Of a DNA stretch of 64,000 nt, positions 9,539 to 20,882 are shown piece by piece. The DNA comes from Candidatus Hydrogenedentota bacterium (GTDB taxonomy: Bacteria > Hydrogenedentota > Hydrogenedentia > Hydrogenedentales > SLHB01). The position numbers and the translations under genes were made by a program. The notes beneath the pieces are model-generated. The model saw only the letters and a list, made by a program, of their open reading frames with translations. It was not told the DNA's origin and did no database searches. Location of the stretch: positions 283,209 to 347,208 of the forward strand of contig CAVUWV010000031.1 of NCBI GenBank assembly GCA_963745075.1, given 5' to 3'. Numbering within the stretch: the stretch's first letter is position 1; each line of letters opens with the position of its first letter.

Positions 9539-12500
9539 TTAACCGGGTTGGCGACTCCGCTTGGGATGCCTGGATTGTGCGTGGATTGCGCCGAGCGCAA
9601 GTATTCCTAAAGCGCTGCACAGCACGAATGCCGCCCACGGCGCAATGGGCAGGCCCGGGATGCTCTCGCTTTCGGCAAGTTCAAAGGTGCTGAAGGACTT
9701 AGTTGTCGCGGTGACGGTGTTGGCGTCAGGGTCGGGTACGCTGCCGAGCTCGGTGGCCAAGTCGAATTCATCGACGTGCAACATCACCAGGTGGTTTTCA
9801 CGCAGTTTTGTGCCATCGACGGTGCCATCCTGGTCCGCGTCGGGGTACTCAATGGTGACTATTGCCAAGTCCACTCCTCCCGCGCCGGTCAATCCCGTAG
9901 GACCTACGAGGAAACTGGTCCCCGGAACAAGGCTCAGGATATGTCCCGGCACTGACGGGCTGCCGGTGGGGGCGCGGTCAATTGTGATCAACGTCGGTGC
10001 CGTCAATGCCCCAGGAAGGATTGTTACCGTGATTCCATCCCGGCTTATCGTTCCTCCTGCAGGTCCAATCGTCGTCTCCGTGTGCGTCGCCGCCACCACG
10101 TGCACCGTGCGCACCACGGGCGTTGCCGGATTACCCGATGAATCGGTGACGGTATAGGTTACGCTATAGTTCCCGATAGTTGACGTGTCAACCGTACTCA
10201 CCGCCTGTACGTTCGCGGTTACATTCCCATCCACGTTGTCCGTCGCTGTCGCGCCGGCATCCAAGTACGCCGCGTATTGTTCGACGGTCTCGGGATTGTT
10301 GCCCAACGGTGTAATCACCGGCGGCGTGGTGTCGCGGACGGTTACGGTGCGGCTGGTATGGCCGACGTTGCCGGCGATGTCCGGCGCACTGTAAATCACC
10401 GTGTAGCTGCCCGGCACGGCCGTGTTCAACCTGCTGGATGTGGTGATATAGGCGGACCGGTCGCCGCTTACGGTATCGGTCGCCGTCGCTCCCGGGTCAA
10501 CAAAGGGCTGGCCTTCGTCGATGACCACGGGATCGCTACCTAGGAGGGTCACGACGGGCGGCGTGGTGTCCCCAGCTTGTTGCACATAGACTTCCGCGCC
10601 ACTGCCCAGGGCCCCGGCCGCATCCACCCGTACCCAACTGCGCCGCGTGCTCGTTGTCTCGTTTGCGCTGAACTGGATCGTCACGCTCCCGTTCCCACTC
10701 CCCGATGACGCGCCGTTGAAACTCGTGAATCCGCTCGACTGGGCCAGGATGTTCGCACTCCAAATCAACGTGCTCCCGCCCGTATTCGTGATGGTAAACG
10801 TCTTGGTTCCAGGTGTGGGCCCCGCGCTGTCCTGGCTCGGGCTCACCTGCAATATCGCCGGCTGCACGTTGGGTGTCAGATATACGTACTGCGTCAGGAG
10901 CGTGGCCACACATCCCACATACACCTGATTAACGTACGGGGAATAGTTCGGATCGCTGATACTCAGCGTGTACAACACATTTTGGCTCAGGGACGAGAAC
11001 ACGACCTGTCCCGTGCTTGAGGTCTTGAGCGTTACTGAACTCATTATCCCGCCGCTCAATGTCACCTTGAGATTCCCCAGCGCCGCCCCACCGGAAACGC
11101 TGTGCACCACCACCGTCAGGCTCGGCCGCACTCCGCAAGGACCGGTCGGCTGGTAGACGCGCAGGTCGTAGTTGGTGTCCACACCGACGTTGCTCAACTC
11201 GTTCGTGATCTTCACGTAGTACCGGCCCGAAGTCGTTACGTTAAACTCGATGATACCGCCGCCGGGCTCCAGCCCGATGTCGTCAAAATCCAGCAGCGAC
11301 GTCCCGTCGGTATCGTAAAGTTCCACCAGCGTGTGGGCGTTGGCTGCGACGTTAAAGGTTTCTACCGTCACGAAGTCCCCCGACGCCGCGTCGAAGGTCA
11401 CCCAGTCCGCGTCCCCGCTGTCGTGGAAGTTGTGGGTCTGCGGCAGGGTATCGATATCCGCTACACCGAGCCACGTCGCATCGGCGACGGTGTCATCGTC
11501 CTCGTACTGGTCTGCGCCGTCCAGACGCGTTACGGTCGTCTCCTTGGGCGCGGAAATGTTCCCATTGGTGTCCGTCGCGAATACGGCCACGCCGTAGGTT
11601 CCATACGTTCCATAGACGCCATCGGTCGTTTCGTAGTGTCCTGGACTCGTTTCGCTCAACTCGACCGTCACCGGTTCGCCGTTCGGTGAAACAATCACCG
11701 CATACACCCGGTCGAGGGTGCTCGTGGTGGTTACGTTCTCCACCCAGATCGTCGCCGTACTGGTCCCGGTCAAGTTCTGCGGGTCCACAATGGTTCTGAT
11801 GATCGGGTCGTCGCCCGCCAACTGGATGCCGGTCCCGATGTAGTACTTCCGGGACACCACGCCGTCCGTGATCGAGTTGAACAGGCCGTCGCCACTGTCG
11901 TCGAGCTGGGCCGTCTGGCCCGACCCCTGCAAACCGCATCGCCGCCCGGGCGTAACTCCACGCCTCGTACACGTTGGCTCCGTTCAGCACCCGGCCCCAG
12001 AAGAATTTGCTGAAGGAGATGCTGCCGGTTTTCAGGAAGTTGGCGCTTTGCGTCGCATTCGTGCTGGCAAGTACGATCCGGTTACCGGAGGGCGGCAGCA
12101 GCGATCCCAGGAAGCTTCCTGATTGGCCCGCGTCGTAAATCACCGTGACTTTCCCGGGCAGGCTCCCCTGCAGGGTATCCAGCCAGGTGTCCAGTTGCAC
12201 GGCGGTGAGGGTTTCCGTGGGCGTAATCGCGAATCCCGTGGTGTTGGACGGGCCCGCGAGGAACAGGGTCACATCCTGGGTGTTGGCGTTGAAACTCGTG
12301 CTCAGCGCGTTCTGCAGATTGGTCAGTGACGGACCGTAGTCCACACCGCCGATGGTGACCGGGCTCATGAAGGTAATGTCCGAGTCGTCGTAGCCCTGGT
12401 AGCGCAGGGCTTCGTAAGCCGAGCGCACGGTCTCCTCATACGACGGCCACAGCACGTCGCTCCCCGACCCGCCGGCGACGATGACGGCTTTACGTTTCAA

Positions 12501-15436
12501 TGGATTGCCGACAGACACCGTCGTCAGTTTTGGTGCACTGACATTCCCTACCCGGTCCATGGCGTAAATGAGGATGTTGTACGTGCCGGGCGTGGTGAAG
12601 TACTGGTAGGTCCCCTCGAACTGGTCGCCGGTGGTCGGGAACAGTTCGACCGTCGGCAGGCCCGCGATGGGGTTGTCCGAGGAGGACTGGTCGAAACCCG
12701 GCGGCCGGATGACGCCCCATACCCGGGCGACGCCATCGCTGTCCGTCACCGGATCCGCCGACAGGGCGGCTGTGCTGGTCCCATTGATGACTTGGTCGCC
12801 GGAGATGGCCCCGATTTCGGGTCCTTCCCAGTATTGGCGGGTGCCGTTGCCGATGAAGGTGCCCGAGGCCAAGTCCCCGTCGCCCGGCGTGTTGCCCGCG
12901 CCGTCCCCCGTATCGTCCAGCAGGGGATGCTGGTAGCCGAAAGTCTGCGACAGGGCCTGGTTCGCGATGTCGAAGGCGTCTTTAACCGAAACGCCGTTAA
13001 AAATCTGCGTCCAGAAGTAGTTAGAGAAAGAAACCGTTCCGCGGGTCACAAAGTAGGCGGATTCGCCGGGAGACGTGGAGGTGATGACGATGCGTTTGTC
13101 TTCATATCCCGAGGGTGCCGCCAAGTCGGCGATGAACGAGCCGGATTCGCACGCATCGTACACGACAATGAGCTTGCCGGTGATCTGGGTCTGCAACGTG
13201 TCCAGCCACGACGATAACTCGGGCGACGACAAGGTCTCGGTATCGTTCAGTCGGAATGCATCCACGCCACCGTGGTCCACCAGATACACCACTACATCTT
13301 CAACCGGCAGGCTATTCACCGGCGCCGACGCCCATGTTGTTAAGGCCAACTGCAGATTGGCCTTCGTGCAATCGCCATCCACATCGTCGGCTACGTCATT
13401 GTTGTCCAGGTCCACTTGCGTGTCGGACGAAAGGTAACGAATGACATCTTTCGTGTACCCCTGACTATTCAGTGCGCGGTATGCGAAGTTTGCACAGGAT
13501 TCAGTCGCGTCCCATAGGTTGTTACCCGGGAATGGTCCACCAGCTGCTACAACAACAGCTTTTGGAATAGACGCTAGTGTGACCGGCCTGAATTTTTGGA
13601 TGCGATGATTAGATGTGTCAGCGATGTAGACATAGCCGGAACTGTCTACAGCAACGCTTTCCGGACGGTAGAATTGACCTGTTCCAAAACCGTAAGTTCC
13701 CCACTTGGAGGACAAAGAAATCCAAAGATAAAAGCCTTTGAATCCTATGGTTATATGTGTGCAGCCACATATATTTCTCCAGAAGGTCCGACAGTTACTC
13801 CGTATGGGTAATAGAATTGGCCATCTCCAGACCCCCAATCGCCCGATTTCGCAAGAAAGGTACCCGTGGGTGTGAATTTTTGAATTCGATGGTTCCATGT
13901 GTCGGCTACAAGTATATCGCCGGTAGGATCTATGGCTATACCACGCGGTAAATCAAACTGACCGTCACCATTACCCTGGCTTCCCCACTTGGTCACAAAA
14001 GCACCAGTCGAAGTAAACTTTTGGATTCGATAGTTTTGAGTATCCACCACATAAACGCCTCCCGAAGCGTCCGCAGCTATGCTCTCTGGGTGATTAAATT
14101 GCCCGTCTTCGGTTCCGGAGTTCCCCCATTCTGTCACGAAAGAACCAGTCGATGTAAACTTTTGGATGCGGTCGTTGCCCCAGTCAGCAACGTAGAAGTC
14201 ACCTTGCGAGTCTATCGTCAAGCCACTTGGACCAGCGAACTGCCCCTCTCCGGCACCGGGGCTTCCCCACTTGGCCACATACGTGCCCGCCGGTGTGAAT
14301 TTCTGGATACGATCATTACCGAAGTCGGCGACATAGATATACCCGGAGCTGTCAACCACGACAGTTCGTGGAGAATGGAATCGGCCGCCGAGAAACCCGG
14401 TAGGACCCCACTCTACTGCAAAGGATCCCGTCGCCGTGAACTTTTGGACACTTTGTTTGGCCACGTCCGCAACATACAAGCTGCCTGAGCCGTCGACCCC
14501 GATGCCTTGGGGGGAACCGAACTGTCCCTCGCCCGGTCCAAGGCTGCCCCATTTCGCCACAAAAGTTCCGTCCGACGTGAACTTCTGAACTCGGTGGTTG
14601 TATGTATCGGCAACGAAGACCTCTCCTGAACCGTCGACCGCAACGTCGTTCGGCCAGTACAATTGTCCATCTCCAGTTCCATAGTTTCCCCATTTTGATA
14701 TAAACGTGCCTTCTGAAGTGAATTTTTGAATACGGTGCTGGGTGGTATCCACAACATACACGTTTCCGGAGTTATCCACAGCGATTCCGGTTGGGGAGTT
14801 GAACTGTCCGTCTCCGACTCCGAGGTTGCCCCATTTCACTACAAAGGCTCCAGCCGACGTGAACTTCTGAACGCAATTGTTGCCCCCATCGACAACGTAG
14901 ACGTAACCAAAACTATCGACTCCGAGACCTTCGGGATATACGAATTGACTATCGCCCGTACCATAGCTTCCCCACTTTGTCACAAAAGTCCCTTCCGATG
15001 TGAATTTCTGTACACGATGGTTAACAGTGTCGGCCACGTAGACATAACCGAGCCCATCCACCGCAACACCACTCGGTCCCATAAACTGTCCATCGGAGTT
15101 TCCCTCATTGCCCCATGCTGTGACCAGATTTCCGTGAGCAGACAGTTTTACGACCCGGTATCTTTGCCGGTCTACAACGAAGATGTCGCCCTTCGGGCCG
15201 TCAATAGCGACGGCACAAGGTGCATCGAAGTACCATGGTTGCTGGAGCGTGGGCCACATGCGTTCGAATCGGTAGGTTTCGTCGGCGTCCGCGATGAATG
15301 CAACTACGATGGAGAGAGCTAATACGAAAACGCCGAACGACGAGGTAAAACGCGGTCCGATGGAACTCGCACTGGGTCGAAGCCGACCAAAGGCGACGTG
15401 GTGCAATTTCAGCATGCAGGCTCCCTCACCGACCAC
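9539..15436 (-). CDS. Large secreted/surface multidomain protein: 12 NHL repeats, two clan-CD (C13/caspase-like) domains, PPC-like, BACON-like, two DUF5011-like Ig repeats, ZU5-like, C-terminal TM anchor (frameshifts near ~13750 and ~11930)
   Basis: Three consecutive ORFs join seamlessly. NHL consensus F..P.G.AVD..G.VYVAD..N.RIQKF; VYLVDHGG and YDACESGSF; DTTPPV(V/I)T.LG repeats; C-terminal PGLPIAPW-hydrophobic helix-basic tail. Confidence 0.85.
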
Positions 15437-15697
15437 CCAAGAACTGAATCCACAAGGAGTGGCAATTTCAGCTATGCAGACCCCCTAGCCGCATGAAGTG
15501 CGACTGTAAGACTATAGCATAGCTTATAGGATTGCGCAATCCGGTTCTTTGATGACTACTGGGAAAACCGCGCCATGTGAAAACCCCAAAATCTGACTCA
15601 GGCCCCGCAAGTCGCACGACATCGGCTGCGCGTGCGTGCTATACTTGAGCCCGCTATGGCTGCAAGTCGCAATCAACTTCTGAGGTATTTTCCTGCC

Positions 15698-17836
15698 ATG
15701 ACCAAGAGGTCGCATTTCCTGATTATGCCTTTTGCAACGTTCGTAATCCTTATTGCCGCGACCCTTTATAGTGTGGGTTGCGGCGCCAACGAGCCCGCCT
15801 CGGGCGATGAGCCGGTAGCGCAGTCCGTAGCGGCATCGGAAGCGGCGGCCGCTGATCGGCAGCTCGCGTCTGCAAGCAACACCGGCGCCGAGCTGGCCGC
15901 GACCGAAAGTGCCGCCACAGCCGCTGCGCCTTCGCCAAAACTGGAGCCCAAAGGCCGGGTCATCATCCTGGGATTTGACGGGGTTGAACCCAGCATCGTG
16001 AAGACCATGATGGCAAACGGTGAACTGCCCAACCTGACCCGATTGCGGGATGAAGGCACGTTCAAACCGCTTAACACAGCGAACCCGCCACAGTCTCCGA
16101 CCGCGTGGTCGTCGTTTACGACCTGCAAGTGGCCCGGCAACCACGGCATTTACGACTTTCTGCGCCGAAACCCGAGAACCTATTTGCCGGCCGTCGGGTT
16201 CGGGTCGCCTCATCACGCGGAACTCGCGCCGGACGGTTCCGAACGGGCGCCGGCGTATTTTGAAAGCATCCGAAAAGGCGAATCGTTCTGGATGGCCGCG
16301 GACCAGCAGGGCGCGCGCTGCAAACTGCTCGTGGTGCCTTTTGCCTTTCCGGCCGAAGACTTGAGCCAGGGCTGCATGCTGTGCGGGCTGGGCGTGCCGG
16401 ACATCCGGGGGACGACGAGCACGTTCTATGCGTTCTCGGACGAATTCACGCAGCAAAAGAGTGTATCCGGCGGCATCGAGTTTCCGCTGCAACTTGATGG
16501 GGACACGGCGAAGGTCACCATTCCGGGCGCGCGAAATCCCTTGGTACGACGTTCGACAGAGCCGGGCGCGTATACCGAGACGGAGTTGGTGTTTACCGTC
16601 AATCGCGATGCCCACACTGTCGATATTAAGCTGCCCGAAGAAACGGTTACGGTAAAGGAAGGCGAATGGACCAAGTGGATTCAATGGACCTTCCAGGTCA
16701 CGCCCAAGTTTACGGTGCACGCCATTAGCCGGTTCTACGTACTTCAGGCGGGCGATCATGTCCGTCTATATATGGCGTGTCTGCAGTACGATCCGAAGGA
16801 CCCGTACATTCGCATGAGCACGCCGGCCAATTACGCCGCGGAACTCGAAGATCGTTACGGGCTCTACAAAACCATCGGATGGATTTACGACACCCATGCC
16901 CTGCGTCAGGACGCTTTGCTCGAGGACACGTTCCTGAAGGATACCCAGCAGACCATGGCGTTTCGCGAGCGGGTCACACTGGACGAACTGGATCGCGGCG
17001 AGTTCGACATGCTGGTCTCGGCGTGGACGGCGACCGACCGGGTCGCGCATCTCTTCTGGCGGTTCCGGGATCCGAAACACCCGCTCTACACCGAAGAAGG
17101 GGCTAAGAAATACGGGCACGCCGTGGAAGACACGTATGCGAAGATGGACGAGATCGTGGGCAAGGCCATGGAGCGCGTGAAGGACGGCGATTTGCTGATG
17201 GTCTTGTCGGACCATGGGTTCCACAGTTTCCGCACGGGATTCAATGTGAACACATGGCTGATCCGCAACGGTTACCTCGCCGTCGAAGGCCAAACCGACG
17301 CGGCCACGGCAGTGAACGATCAGCCTTACCTGCAAGGCTACGATTGGTCGAAGTCCAAGGCCTACAGCCTGGGCCTGGGCAGCGTTTTCATTAACGAGAA
17401 AGGCCGTGAAGGCCAAGGCACGGTCGACCCGGCGGATGTCGAAGCGCTCATCGCAGAGATTCGCCAGAAACTGCTCGAGGTGACCGACCCGGAAACCGGT
17501 GACAAGATATTCCACGCCATCTATACGCGGGACGATTATCACGGTATCGCGTCCGGCGACGCCCCCGATATCCAATTGGGCTACGCGGAAGGGTATCAAT
17601 CGACCAAGGATACTGTGAAGGGTTCGGCGCCCGAAGGATTGTTCGAACCGAACACGGACAAATGGAGCGGCGAGCATGCCAGTTCCGACGTAGCCTTGAC
17701 GCCGGGGATCTTCCTCTGCAACATGAGCATCGGAGACAAGGAACCGCAGATTACCGACTTGGGTGTTACGGCGCTCCGCTATCTCGGCGCGACAGTGCCG
17801 GACGATTTCCAGGGCAAGGACTTGCTCGCCGAGTAG
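15698..17836 (+). CDS. Alkaline phosphatase superfamily / type I phosphodiesterase-nucleotide pyrophosphatase, probable lipoprotein
   Basis: ILGFDG, PPQSPTAWSSF (nucleophile region), PGNHGIYDF, TDRVAH, LSDHGF, WSGEH; N-terminal hydrophobic segment ending SVGC. Confidence 0.85.
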   Translation: MTKRSHFLIMPFATFVILIAATLYSVGCGANEPASGDEPVAQSVAASEAAAADRQLASASNTGAELAATESAATAAAPSPKLEPKGRVIILGFDGVEPSIVKTMMANGELPNLTRLRDEGTFKPLNTANPPQSPTAWSSFTTCKWPGNHGIYDFLRRNPRTYLPAVGFGSPHHAELAPDGSERAPAYFESIRKGESFWMAADQQGARCKLLVVPFAFPAEDLSQGCMLCGLGVPDIRGTTSTFYAFSDEFTQQKSVSGGIEFPLQLDGDTAKVTIPGARNPLVRRSTEPGAYTETELVFTVNRDAHTVDIKLPEETVTVKEGEWTKWIQWTFQVTPKFTVHAISRFYVLQAGDHVRLYMACLQYDPKDPYIRMSTPANYAAELEDRYGLYKTIGWIYDTHALRQDALLEDTFLKDTQQTMAFRERVTLDELDRGEFDMLVSAWTATDRVAHLFWRFRDPKHPLYTEEGAKKYGHAVEDTYAKMDEIVGKAMERVKDGDLLMVLSDHGFHSFRTGFNVNTWLIRNGYLAVEGQTDAATAVNDQPYLQGYDWSKSKAYSLGLGSVFINEKGREGQGTVDPADVEALIAEIRQKLLEVTDPETGDKIFHAIYTRDDYHGIASGDAPDIQLGYAEGYQSTKDTVKGSAPEGLFEPNTDKWSGEHASSDVALTPGIFLCNMSIGDKEPQITDLGVTALRYLGATVPDDFQGKDLLAE

Positions 17837-17858
17837 AATCCCCGGATATCAGACTGAA

Positions 17859-17896
17859 ATCGCCCCTGGAGGGCCACTCCGGGGGTGATAGTTTTT
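17859..17896 (+). terminator. Rho-independent terminator between convergent genes
   Basis: Stem ATCGCCCCTGGA / TCCGGGGGTGAT (with G-U pairs) followed by AGTTTTT. Confidence 0.6.
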
Positions 17897-17934
17897 GAAA
17901 GCTGCACGCGCGTGCGCCGGGGCGGCGTTGTTGC

Positions 17935-18381
17935 CTACTCGAATTGCCCCAGCCGTTTCTTCAACGAATTAATGCGCGCGCGTAGCAATGCGAGTTGCTC
18001 GCAGCGGGCTTCGTCTCCCATCTGCTGCGCTTCCTCCGTCGCCGTTTCCAAGGACGCGACGAGCAGGTCCAACTGTTCGTTCATCTGTTCCGCCAACTGA
18101 CGCTTGGTGGGGACGCGCGTCTCCAGGATCACGGACGGCCCAACGGAAACTCCTGCTTCCTCCATGGTTTTCGCACCGGCGGGATCGGCCGCAAGTCCAA
18201 TGGGATCGAGCACCGTAAAAAGTTCGTGATTTCGTAAGAAGTCGAGCAAGTCGCGTTCGGATACATCCGCGGTCTCGGTGTCTCGATGAAGATGACGAAG
18301 CAACCGGTCCAACGACACGACGGGGCGAGACACTTGCATTAGATATGCAAGGCATTTCTGCTCGACGGCTTCCAGATTCAT
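17935..18381 (-). CDS. Hypothetical protein with C-terminal coiled coil
   Basis: MNLEAVEQKCLAYL...; ATGA overlap with the stop codon of the GH38 gene (translational coupling). Confidence 0.7.
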   Translation of the reverse strand: MNLEAVEQKCLAYLMQVSRPVVSLDRLLRHLHRDTETADVSERDLLDFLRNHELFTVLDPIGLAADPAGAKTMEEAGVSVGPSVILETRVPTKRQLAEQMNEQLDLLVASLETATEEAQQMGDEARCEQLALLRARINSLKKRLGQFE

Positions 18382-20828
18382 CGCGTTTCCCGAATGGGCT
18401 CCTCGAGAAGGTTGACTTCCACCGCCTTGCCGGTCTTCGGATCGATGCGCAAGGTCTTGATTTCGTGAGGCGCGAAGGTACACGAGATCGGCTGGTCGAT
18501 GCCGGGTACGTGGATCGGCGCCTTCGCCCTTTTTCCCGCGGTTTCATATCCTCGGACGACAACGTCTTCACCGTCCTCGCTCTGTTTCAGTACGCTGAGT
18601 ACCACATGGTCGGAGTCTGCGGACAACCCGTCGAACGAGGATGGCAACGTGCCGCCATGCGCCGATTCCACGTGCACCCTGCACGGCGCATTCAGCGCCC
18701 ATGCTTTGCGCACGACATCCGCCTTCGCCCAGCCTCCGGCGTGCGGCACAAGCCGAATGCGGATCGTGTGCCAACCTTGATCCATGATCGGGAAGGGTTG
18801 CGACGCGTCGTATCGCGCCGGGTCGTGATGGGCATACGCGGGACTGCGCAGGAGCGTGACCCGCATGGCTCCATTCAATACGTCAAATCCATACTTGCAG
18901 TCGTTGAGCGCCGCCAATCCATAACGATTGCCCTCGATCTCGCCGGTCAAGTCAAACCACATCTGGCCGGGATCTTCGTGCCCTTTTGTGCCGCGCTCCT
19001 GGTGCCCGTAGGCGGTGTCATAGGTTGCGGCACCGTTCGCGATGGCCGTTTCATAGGCGAGTTTCAGCATGGTGTGACGTTCCTGCCAGTTGACCCGGAA
19101 CAGGCAGTCGATAGCGCCGGTAGCCCGATACAGCGTAACGAATTGTTCCGCGAACGAATCCCCAAACGTGGATTGAACGCGCACGGTTGCCCGAACATCG
19201 CCGAGTTCCAGCAACTCGAGACTGGCCTTACCAAACCGTCCCGCTTCGGTGCGATAGGTTTCGTATCCATGTCCCCACGTGTCGGAGGGATCGACCATCG
19301 CCGCCAGGACGTTGCCTTTCTTCAGCACCTCGATGCCCTGCTTGCGGTCATGCAACCGGCACAGATGCCCGTCGTTGGGGTCGAGTTCGAGCCGCCACCA
19401 GCGGTTTTCCAGGTAGTCCCGGCCCGCATTCAATTTGCCTTCGGTCTTGACCTTCTTCGCGCCGCTGCGCAGGTGATAACACCGGTATCCCAAGGCCGGC
19501 ACGTCGGCGGTAAACGTATACGCTTCGCTCCCGATGCGCTCGTCGGCTACGGTCTGGATGGGAACCGTTTTCTCGTCGGAATCAACGAGGTGCAGCGGTT
19601 TGGCGAGCGTTCGCGCGGCGATCGGGGGCGCGGTCACGACTTCCGTGACCGGCCAGGGAAGCGGATTAAAGACGACGATTGTATTCCCCTTGGCGGAAGT
19701 ATCGATATATCGCGCCAATAGCTGGGTGGACTCGTTTGTGATGAAGTTGGCGGCATATTTCGCACCGCCGACCTGGTCTCGGCTGTCTTCGTAGGAAGAC
19801 TCGAGACTCGTGCCGGCGAGGATGTCGTGAAACTGGTTGTACAACAGATCCTTCCATGCCCGCTCCAGATGGTCCTTCGGATAGGCATGACCGAACAGCA
19901 ACCATGTCATGGTGGCGAAACGCTCCGCGGTCATTAAGGCCTGCTCAGTATGGCGGTTCAAGCGTTTGATCTCGGCGTGCGTCGTGTAACAGCCCTGCGC
20001 GTGGTGCTGCAAATCGGTCTTGATTACCGGGACCTTCTTTGCCGAAGTCGATGACAGGAAACCGTCAAAGTACGCGTGCAGCGTCGAAAACATTGCCTTG
20101 GGTGCGTTCTTGTCCTCTTGCGTTTCCAGAATCTGCGCGATGGCTGCCTTGGTCGGGCCACCGCCGTGGTTCCCCACGCCATAGAAACCGAGCACGTGGG
20201 TCTGCCCGGGGTTCAGCCGCGGATGGGCCGCAAGAATCTCGATGCGCTCGCGGGTATTCGCGTCGGCGCTGTAATCATCCTGAAGATTGCACGCCAGGAT
20301 GCGCGATCCGTCGCGGGCTTCCCAGTAGAAGGTCGTGCCTTCGGGATACTGCATCTCGATGATGGGCATGGGGCGCATATAGGCGTAGCTGTCAATTCCC
20401 ATCTTCCGGTAGATCTGGGGAAAGGTGCCCGCGTGGCCAAAGCTGTCGGGATTGAAGCCGACGGTCGCGCGCATGCCGAATTCCTGCTGGAAGAACCGCT
20501 GCCCGTACAGCCCTTGCCGGACGAAGGACTCGCCGCAGGGAATGTTGCAGTCCGGTTCGATCCACCAACCGCCGGCGATTTCCCAACGGCCTTCCGCAAC
20601 CCGCTTGCGAATCGCTTCAAAGAGTTCCGGATCGCAGGATTTGACCCAGTCGTAAAAGCACGCGCTGCTCGCCGTGAACTTGAATTCCGGCGTTTCGTTC
20701 ATCCGGTCCAGCGCACTCCGAAAGGTCGCGCGAACCTCTTCGTATCCTTCGGTCCATCGCCACAGCCACGTTGGATCGATGTGACCGTGGCCAACCATGT
20801 GCACCGTGATGCTCTTGGGATCCTTCAA
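18378..20828 (-). CDS. Alpha-mannosidase, glycoside hydrolase family 38
   Basis: HGHIDPTWLW, GGWWIEPDCN, NPDSFGH, YGVGNHGGGP, NQFHDILAG, LTGE...NDCKYG, TLLRSP. Confidence 0.93.
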   Translation of the reverse strand: MKDPKSITVHMVGHGHIDPTWLWRWTEGYEEVRATFRSALDRMNETPEFKFTASSACFYDWVKSCDPELFEAIRKRVAEGRWEIAGGWWIEPDCNIPCGESFVRQGLYGQRFFQQEFGMRATVGFNPDSFGHAGTFPQIYRKMGIDSYAYMRPMPIIEMQYPEGTTFYWEARDGSRILACNLQDDYSADANTRERIEILAAHPRLNPGQTHVLGFYGVGNHGGGPTKAAIAQILETQEDKNAPKAMFSTLHAYFDGFLSSTSAKKVPVIKTDLQHHAQGCYTTHAEIKRLNRHTEQALMTAERFATMTWLLFGHAYPKDHLERAWKDLLYNQFHDILAGTSLESSYEDSRDQVGGAKYAANFITNESTQLLARYIDTSAKGNTIVVFNPLPWPVTEVVTAPPIAARTLAKPLHLVDSDEKTVPIQTVADERIGSEAYTFTADVPALGYRCYHLRSGAKKVKTEGKLNAGRDYLENRWWRLELDPNDGHLCRLHDRKQGIEVLKKGNVLAAMVDPSDTWGHGYETYRTEAGRFGKASLELLELGDVRATVRVQSTFGDSFAEQFVTLYRATGAIDCLFRVNWQERHTMLKLAYETAIANGAATYDTAYGHQERGTKGHEDPGQMWFDLTGEIEGNRYGLAALNDCKYGFDVLNGAMRVTLLRSPAYAHHDPARYDASQPFPIMDQGWHTIRIRLVPHAGGWAKADVVRKAWALNAPCRVHVESAHGGTLPSSFDGLSADSDHVVLSVLKQSEDGEDVVVRGYETAGKRAKAPIHVPGIDQPISCTFAPHEIKTLRIDPKTGKAVEVNLLEEPIRETR

Positions 20829-20882
20829 TGGAAACTCCTATTCTTCTCGAATTCGCAATGGCCCGGCTACTTCCGCTCTCAC

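Noticed and set aside
15524..16759. Long antisense ORFs (also 18345-19721, 27439-28998, 45946-47472, 57885-59189 and others)
   Set aside because: They are shadow frames opposite well-supported genes in high-GC DNA and have no recognisable motifs.
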